Positions 28,633 through 41,111 of a stretch of DNA of 64,000 nucleotides are shown piece after piece. Source of the DNA: Tubiluchus corallicola (taxonomy: Eukaryota; Animalia; Priapulida). The first letter of the stretch is position 1. Each line of letters begins with the position of its first letter. The stretch spans positions 1,351,173 through 1,415,172 of the forward strand of contig JAQGDQ010000007.1 of assembly GCA_030141605.1 (NCBI GenBank). The letters run 5' to 3'. The notes under the pieces are model-generated. The model had not been told where the DNA came from. It searched no databases and saw only the letters and a list, made by a program, of their open reading frames with translations. The translations under genes and the position numbers were made by a program.

Positions 28633-29375
28633 TAGAGGTGAGCACCAAACGTTCGAGTTTGATTCGAACTTAAAATTATAGATTCGAATAATTCAGCACT
28701 TCAGTCATATGCGTTCTATTTCATTAAAATGTTTGAAACAGCATCAATTAACACAATTTAGCTGCAGTTTTTGTGCAAAATTTTCAACAGAATAATAGTG
28801 GTTTTGCTGCACAACAAAATCAAGTAATATGCATAATGTAAGACCACTTTTTACTTCAGCTTCAAAAACTTGTTCGAAAATCTTTCAAACTCTTTCATAA
28901 TTCGATTCGAATTTGAAATACTGATATTTGGTTCAACTCGAATTCAAAAGTCACGAATTTGACTCGAATTTGCTTTCTAGTAGAAAATGCTCACCCCTAA
29001 GTCTGAGGAGTGGCAAAAATTCAGTCGATCAGATTACATGGCAGGGATGAACATCAAACGTTCGAATCGAATGAGTTTTTTTATTGCAAATTTGATTTGA
29101 ACCTAAATTATAGATTTGAATAGCTCAACACTTCAGCCCCATACGTTTCTTTATCAATAAAATGTTTGAAACAGCATGCAATTAGCACAATTGAGCTTGC
29201 AGTTTTTGTGCAAAAATTTTAGCAAACTAATAGTGGTTTTACTGCAAAACAAAATCAATTAATATGCATGATCTTTGTAAAACCGCTTTTCACTACTGAT
29301 CCGAAAAATTGTTCAAAAATGTTTCAAACTGAATTCGAATTTTAAATAGTGAAAGGTAGAAAATGCTTATTCCTA
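28633..29375. mobile_element. Two adjacent copies of a TAGGGATG-type MITE rich in TTCGAA repeats
   Basis: About 28633-28999 (TAGAGGTGAGCA..TGCTCACCCCTA) and about 29042-29375 (CAGGGATGAACA..TGCTTATTCCTA) share internal sequence. Confidence 0.75.
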
Positions 29376-29659
29376 TTACACAGCTTGTCGTTTTTGACAA
29401 GTTGACAACCAAAATAATGCTTCATAGTAGTAGTAATAAAATTTTATTTTCGGTCAGCTAGTAGTAATTTAACATGAAACATTAGCTAAAACACTATTAT
29501 TACTCCACTGATAATTAGTAGTTAAAATTTTAGCAAAGTCTTAATATGGCTCAGAGCAGATATATATCTATGGTCACAACGATGGTCTCAACTGTGCAAC
29601 AAAGGTTGCTTGTTGCTTACAATGAATTTCTAGGTGTTGGGAGCAAAATACAGCAGTAG

Positions 29660-30378
29660 CCCGAGTAAAGAGTAGAACGCGTCGTACATGGGCTAGCCTC
29701 CAAGTAAGACGCGTCGTACATGGGCTGCCCAAGTAGGACACTAGAGACAGGTCACGAATTGAGTCCTTAACCGTACTGGCAGCGTCCGTTGTCTTTGTGT
29801 ATTTAATAATAATAAAACATCAATACACGTAATGAATAATGAATATATACATATAATGAATAATTTATTATACATTTGATAAAATAAAAGAATCTTATTT
29901 GTGCAAGAAGAATGGCCAATATTAAATTTGGCTTCGATATTAATCTTTTTGAAGTGAAATAAGCCCGCTTTCTAGGCGATTCCAACATCTGCTTAACATA
30001 ATTATCATTTATTATTTTGTCTTGCTTCACAGACAGGTGATCCGTTTTACTACCTCTTGGGAAAATAATTGTTTTCTACTATGTAAACGGGCTAGCAAGC
30101 TATGTGCACTACATAGTTTCTCTCTTTAAAGCATTAGATACTTAGGTTAATGTTAGGATGATATTAATGGAGCTAATAATAATGATGATATTATTGCAAA
30201 CAATACATTTTTAAATCGTCAAGGACTATTCATCGTTATTATAAAGTTACTTTTTTCTAAAACAAATTTAGTTTTATGTTTATTATGTCGTAATTCTCGA
30301 TTCTCGACAGAAATCGCCAGTGCCCAACTTGGGCTGCCCATGTACGACACTGCTTTTCTGCAAATTTTACACGTGGGG
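29660..30378. mobile_element. Degenerate MITE with GTCGTACATGGGCTGCCCAAGT subterminal inverted repeats
   Basis: Motif occurs twice at about 29681-29734 and in reverse complement at about 30327-30348. Confidence 0.55.
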
Positions 30379-31072
30379 CTTAACGAAAGTGTCTTACCTC
30401 GGCTAACTTCGTACTCGGCGCCCTACATAAGGACTTGAAAAGCGAGAGCGGCAAAAACTAAAGAAGTTTGTTTCACGAAATTCGACAAAAATTCTCGCAA
30501 TGTGTGATATGTTTTCGTTTCAAACGTTTTTAAGGTACATAAACTACGTTAAAGGAAAAGCTACAGGTCTCGGGAAATTGAGCTTATTTTGGACAAGCAT
30601 GAGAAAGTTGCAGCAGTAAAACTGTGAAAAACGCCTCCTGTAATTAGTAAAATCAATTAACTTCTTCACGACCGTGGGATTTTATTGCATTCAGCATGGG
30701 TTCATGAAAAACCGTTCTCACCAAGCAACGACTGCATTGTAATTATTTTCATTTTTGTATATCTCACACAATGGCCATTCATACAAAATCAAATTGAAAC
30801 GCATTGCATTTTTTAATTACTATTAATTATTATTAATTAGTATTAAAAATCGATTTTTGGAAATCAAATTGAGAAAACTTTTCAGCTATTACATTGTTTT
30901 GCACAATAACAACGTACAACGTCACTTGCTTGAAATCCACTAATTAATGCAGAACAATACACGGATACACCTTGGCCTCAATTCTACTGTATTTTGAAGG
31001 AAAAAAATTGTTGCCATAGATGAGACGACCTTAGTTGAATAGTTGTGTTTCTGTTTGGAGTACCAACAGTTA

Positions 31073-31086
31073 GTTGCCATGTCAAC
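31073..31086 (+). promoter_or_regulatory. RFX X-box motif upstream of BBS12
   Basis: GTTGCCATGTCAAC, one mismatch to the palindrome GTTGCCATGGCAAC; second partial site GTTGCCATAGATGA at 31010-31023. Confidence 0.6.
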
Positions 31087-31270
31087 AAAGTTATTGGACT
31101 AGTCTTTCTGCTGCCATACATGTGCAATGATGCTCCAACAATTATTGTAGTGTATTATATATTATAGATTTCCTTTTCATAGTAGCTTATATAACGGATA
31201 AATTTAGAGAATTGTAAAAGCACAATATTCTTAATAAAATTTCCTGTAACCATAAAGAAACTTTTAAAAA

Positions 31271-32221
31271 CAGTATATTATTTCTTCAACATTAATTGAG
31301 GTATTGAAAATATTGTGAACATGTTCCTACAACTTTGCCAACTGACATCAATGTGCTATTTTTGTCATACAAGAGTTCAAGTACAGGCATGAGTTCACTT
31401 AACCAACGTAGCTTATGTCGCTACATAACCAAGCACTTAATTACACCAATGTAATCAAGCGCTTGGCATAAGGGCCAAGCAATTGTTTTTGCTAGTCTGT
31501 GTAATACCTACACAGGTATATTTTTGCAAGGTTTGGTATAATTTAGTTATTAGTTGGGTGAGACTCTGAAGCTGTAAAATCTCAAAACACATTCAAACCT
31601 GCAGTTTTAATGAGCTATGATACAGCAGAAATACTACGATTCTAGAATACTAATGCTCCAAGATTTGGGTCCCGGATGATTGGGCCTGTTTTTTACTTAT
31701 AGAGCCAAGGTCACCGTTTAAAATTTTGTCTAACTGTTTTTGGTGAGCTGTTTGAATAGAATGAAAGTGGCACCTGTAGGAAAAATTGGTTCAAATGGAA
31801 AAATAGGAAAAAATGGCACAAAAGTTTTTTCGATGCAAATAACTTCTATAATAAAACTAGAATGCTCATAGTAGGAAACTCGTCTCTGCCAGTGTTCAAC
31901 AATTCTAAACATTTTTGTCTGATCCTTTTGATAGAAAATACATAAAACAAAGAAAAACAAACATGCAAAAATATACCTGTATAGGTATTACACAGACTAG
32001 CAAAAACAATTGCTTGGCCCTTATGCCAAGCGCTTGATTACATTGGTGTAATTAAGTGCTTGGTTATGTAGCGACATAAGCTACGTTGGTTAAGTGAACT
32101 CATGCCTGTGCTTGAACTCTTGTATGACAAAAATCGCACATTGATGTCAGTTGGCAAAATTGTAGGAACATGTTCACAATATTTTCAATACCTCAATTGA
32201 TCTTGAAGAAATAATATACTG
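31271..32221. repeat. About 258-bp high-identity inverted repeat (31271-31528 / 31964-32221) with a spacer of about 435 bp
   Basis: Direct reverse-complement comparison shows only scattered mismatches. Confidence 0.92.
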
Positions 32222-32351
32222 ATTAGTGAAGCCACTGACTGGAAGTTGTGGAGGCAGTGACCATAGGAAGGTTGTGATTGGTAGACTATAGCCTTGAGAT
32301 CTGTTCAATTAATTTAATTTAATCAGCAAGTTAATTAAATTATTTTTTTAG

Positions 32352-32430
32352 TGTCAAATGCATTACCGATGACAACCAATGCCACTTCATCAAGTGCCCG
32401 GCTCAACTACTAGAAAACATACATTTGAAG
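32352..32430 (+). CDS. BBS12: BBS12 exon (VKCITDDNQCHFIKCPAQLLENIHLK)
   Basis: ttttttag acceptor; aligns to the BBS12 N-terminal K.I.D..LLE.L.L segment. Confidence 0.75.
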
Positions 32431-35400
32431 GTACAATTAAAACTAAAACTGTGATTATGTATTTTAACATATTTTTGATATTAGGCTTACAGTTACTGAA
32501 CTAAACTAATGATTTTTTTGTTTTAAGGACCCTAGTATGGAATTACTCAACTCTGCTGTTCAGGCACATCATAAGATGTATGGCTCTTCAACAACAACTT
32601 TACTGTTTATGGCTAATGCGTGGGTCCACTCTGCATTTGAATTAGTAAAAAAGGTTTGCTTTAAAAATTTGAAGCCTTTTAAATTGTATCAGTCTTAAAA
32701 AGTCAGGATGTACCGGATCCGGATTCCGGACTCCAAGATCCAACATTTTTTATGGATCCGATCCAGATCTGGCAGAAATGTTCATTAAACTTTGCACAGT
32801 GTGTATTTCTAGTTTTCTATGTATAAAATTATCGATTGTGAAAAAAAATTAGAGCAGGTAAGAAAAATTGTACATGACATTTTAGTTACCCAAATAGTCT
32901 TAAGTTTTTTAAAGACTTTGAAGGATTCATATTAAAATCTTCAGAAATTCATTAGTTTTTATGCCACCATGCTTGTAGCGCTAGCGCTACCAGCAATTCT
33001 CATGTCGTGGTTCTTTGTTGCAAGTAGCATGCAAAGATAGTGCTACTGCTACAAAAATGCTTGCTAAAATTCCAGTAAGCTTTTACTTTTACTTCGAGTA
33101 AGAGCATAGTTTGGCGGTTTTTTAGTTTAACCAGAACTGGATCCAGTACATACAGCCGTGGATCCGATGTATCCCTATGGAAAAGCAAACATGTTACTAT
33201 GAAGTCTGTATCTTAGTTTGGCAAATACACTAAAATCTAAAATTCCAAAATTTAATTCAAATTATGTTAATTTAAAAAAAGTACTGTTGCATAACATTTG
33301 GCTTGTAAGTATGATTTGCTTTGCATATGCACTTTTGCAAGCAGTGCTTTGTGTTGACAATGAGTAATGTACTAGTCTATATACTGCTAATGTACCTGGT
33401 AATTAATTACTTGTGTAGACAATTAGGTAATTGTGACACTTTGTCTAAAGTCAGTATTCAAAAAATTCTATATAAACATTCCTGCAAGAAGGTGGACTTT
33501 CTGTAATTTCAGATTTAAACTACAGGTGCAAATCTCCTTTACTCAGCACTTTTGCAGTTGTATTCCAGACATCTAGAATAGAGCATCACACATTGCCAAC
33601 ACAAAACATTGTTTTTTTAATTAATATAATCTTGATTAAATTTTTGAAATAAATAGGTTCTAGCTTTTATGATATTTGGCTATATTTATTTGTTTATTTT
33701 TTTGTATTAGGGAATACCAAGAACTATTATTACTGAACTGATGAACGGGTGTCTTGAATGTTGTCTTGAGCAATTGTCTGCTGTCAGTATCAAGGCATCA
33801 CTTTTCCTTCAGTCACCATCGTTAAGCAGCTGTCATGAACTCAAAATGCCTGCAGCAGATTTAATGAGACAGGCTGACTGTGTAAAATGTTTGCATAGCA
33901 ATGGACTTTGTGAAGATAAACTTGAGGAAGTTGACGATATTAGTGATATCTTTTGGTGTTTTGATAAATCTAACATAGAAATTTCAAATTGTGAACATTC
34001 AGCGTTTTCCTGTGAAGATAAAATCGATGTACTAGGTAACAACTTTGTTTTAACTAATCCATTTAACAGAAATGCTGGTCTGGATCTGGATTCCACAAAT
34101 ACAAATTATGAACTGTCGAATTTTCATAATATTACCAGTATGCAATCTTATGAAAGTAAGTCTGGTGGCAGTAGTGAGGCTATTGCACATGAAAATTTAT
34201 CAGATACAAACACATTTACTAAATACAAGGAAATACTTTCTGCACAATTTCCATCTGTTAGTAGTAAAAATAAAAGGTCGAAACAGGGGCTGTCTAATGG
34301 TGCAGACACTGGAATTCCTACAACTTGTGCTACCAAACCAAATGTACTTAATCCCTTGACTATATCACCTGAAAACAAAATAATTGATGACCATTCAGGA
34401 TATACTAATGCTAAAAACAGTGATACTGGTAGATTTGCCAACAACATTAAGGTTGATAGATCAGTATTCAACTTAAGTGCTTGCAAAAGACATGTACTTA
34501 CTAAAAGCAGACATTTTTATACGCTTAATACCATGCGTAATAGTCGGTTTAGTGATGGGAACTCTGTGAAGACGAGTGGAGAAAAAACTTCTAGTTATCT
34601 TACCACATGCAAGCCAGATCGCAGTCTCGAAGTACCAAATGCTTCCATGTGTTTCACTTGTAAACAAAACAGCAGCAGTGCACAAACTGATGAGAACAGT
34701 GGCAGAGTAATTTCTGCTTGTGAAAAGATTGCATACGGATTAAGTCACAGTAATGAGGACATGATGAAACTTGCTTTGGATTGTTGGAAGAGACAAGCAC
34801 AGATGCAGCATGTTTCAAAATGTCACTTGCCCAGGTATTATAGCCTTGTGTTTACCTGTTTTATGATTATTTTTAGTATTTATTAACCAACTTTGTTTAG
34901 TAGGATATGCATATTCACCTATTTAACTAATTAATGTTAAACTTTTGATATATGTACAATAATACTTGTACATATCCATATCCTAACTTGATATTTTTTG
35001 CAGATTGAACACTGCAAGAGTATACACATGCAGCATTGCTGGCCTACCACACTGGAAAAGTACAGTTGTCCAAGGAATATTATTAAAAGTAAACTCGGAT
35101 ACTGCATGCATGCTGTCCTGTAATTTTCCTCGAGTTTACAGAGCGTTGGTATGAAATATAACACTTACATAGCTCACTTTATAAGTTTTACCTGCTGAAA
35201 TCATTGTGTTAAGATAGAACATACCTTGTAGAATTTTTTAACATTATCTGTTTGGTAGAGGACAGATTTCAGATATTGAAGCAGCATGAAATGTGCCCTC
35301 TGCTGCTACTGCACATATGAATATATAACCTCATTTTTATTTTGTGATCTGACAATTTTGTTATGTATTACTTATTGACTGAACTGGTAATGGAAATCTG

Positions 35401-38400
35401 CTTTATTGGAATTTGATTAAAAGCATTTATACTTTTATGTGTATTCTAATTACACGTTGTTTCTTGCTTCTTTTCAGCTTGTTGGAGGAAGCATAAACGA
35501 AAAATTTCACCACACTGGCTATCAGCCAAATGTCGAACCTTCTTCTATATCTTATACTGCCAGTCATACAAATTTGCAATCACAATGGTTTTGTGAAATC
35601 ACTACAGTATTAAAGGAGGTAATTAAAAAAAAACAAGGGAAGAGAAAGAAAAATGTGACCCTGCATTTCCTTGTTTTTTAATTGTGGGATCTTAATTCTT
35701 TCTTACTATTTTTGTCATTAAGAATAAATTTGTGTTATTAAAAGAGGTAATTTTTATCTCTAGGATTTTTGTGCATAACCTGTGAATATAATGTAATTGC
35801 AGTATAAATTGAAAATTGTTACGCATAATTGGATTTTGCTTAAAATGTTTGGTTGTTTTAAACAACCATTTCGAATAATAGTCCAATTCTTTTCTTGTAG
35901 AAGTTCATTACTCTGCTGATAGTGAAAGGTGAAGTAGATGCAAATGTACAAGATTTCTGCAACCAGAACAATATAACAGTTATCCAATCTGTGCCTTGGA
36001 AAGCCTTAGAAGCCCTTTCTGCCACTACTGGCATTGCAGTCCTATCATATCTGACCGACTGCTTTAATGTATGTATTTCTGTGTGTTTTCTTTTTTCCTC
36101 ATGGTACAGTTTTCACATTTTATGAAAAGTTTATTAAGTATGTGATAAGTTTATTAATAATATTGAACAATATAAATGTATTTTTCAGGAGTTTGTGGAT
36201 AATGTCCATGTTGAATTATGGGATAATGACCAATGGGGAACAGCTGAATGCAGCTATGCCTGCGTGGCTGTTGGATGTGATGTTCAGGTATTTAACACAT
36301 GCACTTTTTGTAAACTCCAAATATTGTACAAATGGTATGAATCTTTAAAAAGTTAGAAAATTACTAAATGGCCATAGCAATTTTTATAATACAGTTAGCT
36401 GATCAGTACAGTTTTATAGTACAGTTAGCCTTTTCTGACCATGACTATAGCATAGAAATTTCTTGGCAACTTCACAGGCAGTGGACTTTGTGACCCATTC
36501 AAATTCATTTTAAATTTTCAAAACTCTAAGCATCTAGTCAATGTGCTATTTTGGAAAGCAGTATTACCAATGACAATGTGTCTTGATCGTATGTATAGTT
36601 TCTCAGAAAAGTTTGTTTTTATTTTTAATCTGTTTGTGTTTCATTAGACTCATCATATAACCACTGAAATAATGTGTACATTCGAAACAGTTTACTGCTC
36701 GTGTAAGCACAATTTTTGATACCACCAAAAGTGTATCACAAAGTTTGTACAAAGTTTTTATGTACAAATTGTGCAGACCATTTCTCGTGGATTACAACAT
36801 AACACGAGTGAAAGTACTTGTCTCATTGGTAGACAACAAACTATATTGTTGTTAGTAGCTGTAATAGAAATAATAGTAATGACAAGGATTATGAGTATGA
36901 CTACCTGATAGGCTTCATGATATTTCAGACTGCTGTGATATGCTATCCTTCTGCTTCAGCTTTAGAGCTTCAAGAAGAGTCATTCTGGCATTGTGTCAAT
37001 CGCATAAGAAATGTCAGCACAAGTGGTATATTGTTGCCAGGTGGTGGCCAGGCAGAGAAAACTTGCATTAATGTTTTGCAAAAGCTACAAGGTAAATTTT
37101 TCGAAAACGTTATGCCACTTTAAAAACTTTTTTACTTCATGCAGGGAGTTTTCTTAGTTTTGGTTTATTTCATATTTACACTTAATATGCAGTGTTCCAG
37201 AATAACATCAAGGCTCTGTAATATTGTTGAAATTGAAATTGAATAATTTATTCTTTTCTAAAATCCAACAATTTACATTAAATTTGTAATATGAACTTGG
37301 GAAACAGGAGGGGCAGCAAAGGGATCATATTGTAACATTTTGACTACTTGGTGCAAAATTTCATAATTTTACACTTTCTTTTAAAATAACAAACGTAAAT
37401 AATAAAAAACAAAACAGCCAATGAATACAAATGCCAGTGCAAAACAAAATCATGCAAGTAAAGGCATCAAAAGTCAAATGATAATAATGACTTGCATTTT
37501 AGTGGCTGAAATGATGAAACCGAATCAAACTGCCGAATCGGTTTGTTTGATTTTGCTCAGCAATGACATTTTACCCCTCCTGTTTGTCTCACTTCGACTA
37601 GCAGCTCTTGCGCGATGGACCCGATTCGTTAATTAACACAGTTAACATTCTGCGATATTGGAAATCAACCGTTTCTTTATTTATTTCTCCAAAGCGATGG
37701 TACCGCGAGTCACCAAAGTTGGTGGGTAGTCACCTGAGGGTGGGAGACAGAAGTGATATGTGCAAAAGTGTTAAAATGGGGTTTGGTCAATAACTCCATA
37801 AGTATACAAGCTAGAATAAAGAAACTTGCAGGGTAGGCACCTAACTAAGGTAGACACAGAGCGGTATGGGAATGGTGACCTCTGGGTTAAACTTCACAGC
37901 AGTAGGACCCAAAATGTGAAAATTAGGGCAACTGACTTTGTCGCTCAACACCACTGACAGTATTGATTAGAAGCCTATGTTATTGCCTTATGGGTAAGCT
38001 GTCGAGCATAGATATGTGCTAAGAAAATTTTGAAAAGTGCTGTGACCAGGTCATGTGATATAGGCGACAGTGTTAAAATAGGGTCGCAGAAAAATGGATT
38101 TTCTAGGTAATCAAGCATGGAGAATTCAGCAATAGCAAAATTATGATCTTGAGATCACAAAAATCAAGTCAGCAAAGATTTTTCACAGTCAGCACTTGCA
38201 GTTTTGGTCACAATTCAGAATCTTAACCCTTTCACTATGGAAGGCGGTACAGTGCCTCCTATGTTTTTCATGCAAAGGACGAAAGGCGATAGACTGCCGC
38301 CCAAGCTCAGCACTAAGCGCAGTCACACAGATCTGTTTATTTCAGTGCTACGGCCTTGCAAAAACTTTGTAGAAAAGTTTTACAGCCGTGGGATTGGGGT

Positions 38401-40103
38401 TGCTTCGCAACAAGTAACGCTACCAGTTAATCAGTGTCTGAAGCCAGGTGCATTCCACGATACTGTACTGTATGGTATGCTCTTGTCACTAATGTAATCA
38501 CTTGTAAATCATTGATGAAATGTTTGTTTGGCTGATTGTTCTGCATTCTTGTAAAATGATTGCATATTATGAAATAGTATTGTGTCTTTGGTGAAAACTG
38601 GTTTCTAACTACATACTTATTTATGATGGTGTGCATGTGTGTATGTGTGTGAGTGCAAGTATGTGTGCTAGCATGTGTGTACATGTGTTGAAATAAAACT
38701 AATAGTTAATATTAGTACTCAGTAACAAACAACTATTTGTTTATTTACAAGATTCTGTTTTAGTAACACACCATAAGAAGTTATTGTCAAATCTGCAAAA
38801 GTCAATGTGGCCCAGTTAAAAAGCAACAACATAGTGAAGGGGTTTGGGGCAGCGATAACTTGCAGTAGACTGCAACAACACATGCAGTCGCAAAAGTGCG
38901 ACGTTGAAAAAGACTTGTATACCATACAGCCATATAACATAGCTACTTTCAAAGTTCTGCTTTTTGTGGACTTCAAATTTGCTTTTATAAGGTTAAAATA
39001 TGGCATTAAGACCAAAAGGAAAAACTCCTTCAAATCACGTATATTTTTTTCAGTATGACCTATAAGCAAAGCAATTTTGTTTTTTATTTGATTCGACACT
39101 GCTTGTGATTCGACTCTTTTGGGCTCTGCCAACAATGTTTTATCTCTACTAAAATGAAAGGTTCAGTATCGGCTTCATTAGGCAAAATAAAGGTTCTTTC
39201 TATCACTAGTCTATTTAATTTAAATAAAAATAAATTAATTGCTTATGCAAAATGAAATTTCATGCATTCATAAATTGGGAATTGAGAACTATTTGTTATT
39301 TATTGAGAATTATGAGTAAATTTTATTAATCTCATTCTTGATGTTTGAGACAAGTTGAGACGCTTACTTAATTCATTGCAAAAGTAGAATTTGCAGCTGA
39401 TTCAGAGTGAATAGTTTTAAAATGAAAAAGATTGTGTATTACATTTTTTGAAATTTTATTATGAGAACTCTAAGTCATTATTACCTATTAATTATTCGGG
39501 CCACAAGATATTTATTTTACTTTTGCTACCAGTCTACTTTTTTTAGTTGAACCACGTATGTAACAGTACATGTGTGTGTATGTTCTAAAATAAATGATGT
39601 TAATAATAATAATAATAATAATAATAACAATAATAATAATCTCTACCAATAAATCGATAAAATGTTATATCTTTGTTTTAATGCTGGCCATTATTTAACT
39701 TTTCAATAAATTTAGATATTTGACCTTAATCAGTATAAATTAATTGAATCAGTGGTACATCTTTCCTGTTTTTTATGCAGCTAAGGGATTATCAAGGAGA
39801 GACTTGTTAATGAGAGAAGTTGCACACTTTCTTTGCCGTGGCTTCGTTCAGTATTTGCAATCAATTGATCACAGCTACAAAATGTTGGAGATCGAACAGG
39901 GCAAGGAAATGTCTGACAAACTGGGAGATACAGGAAATTATTATGGCAGTAATACAAAAACTATCTATGATGATTATGTAGGTAAAACTGAAGCGTGGAG
40001 GACAGCCTTAAGGCATGTATGTACTTTAGTTCAAATTGATTCTCTTATTATTCCTGGTGCTGAAAACCAAACTCTCTCTGTTCATAATGTTACTTTATTG
40101 TAA
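32352..40103 (+). CDS. BBS12: Bardet-Biedl syndrome 12 protein (type II chaperonin-like BBSome assembly factor); start exon unresolved
   Basis: Hand-spliced exons 32352-32430, 32528-32653, 33711-34834, 35004-35148, 35478-35618, 35901-36068, 36189-36287, 36929-37091, 39781-40103; GT-AG and phase-consistent (about 789 aa). Motifs matching remembered BBS12: LLNSAVQAHHKMYGSSTTTLLFMANAW, GIPRTIITELM, LSHSNEDMMKL, VYTCSIAGLP, EESFWHCVNRI..LLPGGGQAE, IYDDYVGKTEAWRTALRHVCTLVQIDSLII. Confidence 0.9.
32528..32653 (+). CDS. BBS12: BBS12 exon (equatorial domain)
   Basis: LLNSAVQAHHKMYGSSTTTLLFMANAW. Confidence 0.88.
32703..33177. mobile_element. GGATCCGG-rich MITE in BBS12 intron
   Basis: Ends AGGATGTACCGGATCC / GGATCCGATGTATCCCTA. 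Confidence 0.6.
33711..34834 (+). CDS. BBS12: BBS12 large exon including Ser/Asn-rich insertion
   Basis: 381-aa ORF in the track; tattag acceptor, CCCAG|GTATTA donor. Confidence 0.88.
35004..35148 (+). CDS. BBS12: BBS12 exon (RVYTCSIAGLPHWKSTVVQG)
   Basis: Read by hand; phase 2/0. Confidence 0.88.
35478..35618 (+). CDS. BBS12: BBS12 exon (LVGGSINEKFHHTGY)
   Basis: Apical-domain motif; GT-AG. Confidence 0.88.
35901..36068 (+). CDS. BBS12: BBS12 exon (LLIVKGEV..LEALSATTGIAVLSYL)
   Basis: Apical domain; GT-AG (tandem TAG/AAG acceptor). Confidence 0.88.
36189..36287 (+). CDS. BBS12: BBS12 exon (EFVDNVHVELWDNDQW)
   Basis: Phase 0/0, strong splice sites. Confidence 0.8.
36929..37091 (+). CDS. 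BBS12: BBS12 exon (EESFWHCVNRIR..LLPGGGQAE)
   Basis: Chaperonin GGG..E motif. Confidence 0.9.
39601..39640. repeat. (AAT)n microsatellite
   Basis: Directly visible. Confidence 0.85.
39781..40103 (+). CDS. BBS12: BBS12 last coding exon
   Basis: IYDDYVGKTEAWRTAL..VQIDSLII, stop TAA at 40103; AATAAA at about 40342. Confidence 0.9.
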
Positions 40104-40694
40104 AATGTATAAGAGTATTAAAACAGTTCAGACAGGTTAACAAAAGCCACTTAATGTTCCTAGAAAAATGCAAAATATTACTATTTATTAAAGCAGCACT
40201 GAAGGCATGTTTAATCTTAAGTTCAAATCATAGATTTGTTTGCACCTACTTCAATGTGCGATAGATGGAAAAGATATTAGTAATGAGGTATAGCATACAA
40301 AACGTTTAGCTAAAGTCACTTATATATCGTACTGTGTAAGCAATAAACTGACAAACTTTTAGTTTGACAAATTAGTTTGACCATTTAAACAGTGAAACTG
40401 ACAAAATTTCTGATCATTCCTGCTTTTTGAATGTCTTACCACCAGGTGCTTTATGTCACTTAAATTATGCTTCTGACAAGTGCGAGTTTGTCCACGTGTA
40501 TGTTTCCCGAAGGATAAAATTAGTTTGAACCTATAACAAAGCCTGTCCATTGTAGGAGGTGTAACCATAAAATTTATCCTCCGCAAGAAAAAAATTGTAG
40601 GAGAACAGTAGATTTTTAGATGTGATCAACGGAAAAATAACTGTGCACCGAGGCAGCATTACACTTCCTTGCACAGAATAGAAATTTACGTCGT

Positions 40695-40859
40695 ACATTA
40701 AGTCAGTACACCTGGTCTACTCAGTCTCAAAACTGTCATCGGTAAAGTGCAGAGAACCACAGAATAGTAATATACAATGTAAATTTCTATTCTGTGGTTC
40801 TCTGCACTCTACCGATGACAGTTTTGAGCCTGAGCAGACCAGGTGTACTGACTTAATGT
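40695..40859. repeat. 165-bp near-perfect palindrome (hairpin)
   Basis: ACATTAAGTCAGTACACCTGGTCT...AGACCAGGTGTACTGACTTAATGT; arms of about 80 bp with few mismatches. Confidence 0.92.
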
Positions 40860-40910
40860 CAGGTTTGAAAGGAAAAGAAGACTGATACTCACTGCTCTTT
40901 TCTTTGGCTT

Positions 40911-41111
40911 TGTGTTGAGTAGTAGATGTGGGTAGCCACTAAAATTACTATCATTGCATTCATTTGCAGAAATGCCATGAGGTATGTTAGTCCTAAATAA
41001 AGCATGTTTGTTGTGTTGAGTAGTAGATGTGGGTAGCCACTAAAATTGCTATCAATACATTCATTTGCAGAAATGCCATGAGGCATGTTTGTCCTAAATA
41101 AAGCATGTTTG
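40911..41111. repeat. Tandem duplication, 101-bp unit x2
   Basis: TGTGTTGAGTAGTAGATGTGGGTAGCCACT starts at 40911 and 41012. Confidence 0.9.

Noticed and set aside
33833-34685. Antisense and alternative-frame ORFs over the big BBS12 exon
   Set aside because: Shadow ORFs of the real coding exon
38223-38997. piggyBac-like element starting TTAACCCTTT
   Set aside because: No convincing matching right TIR/TSD identified
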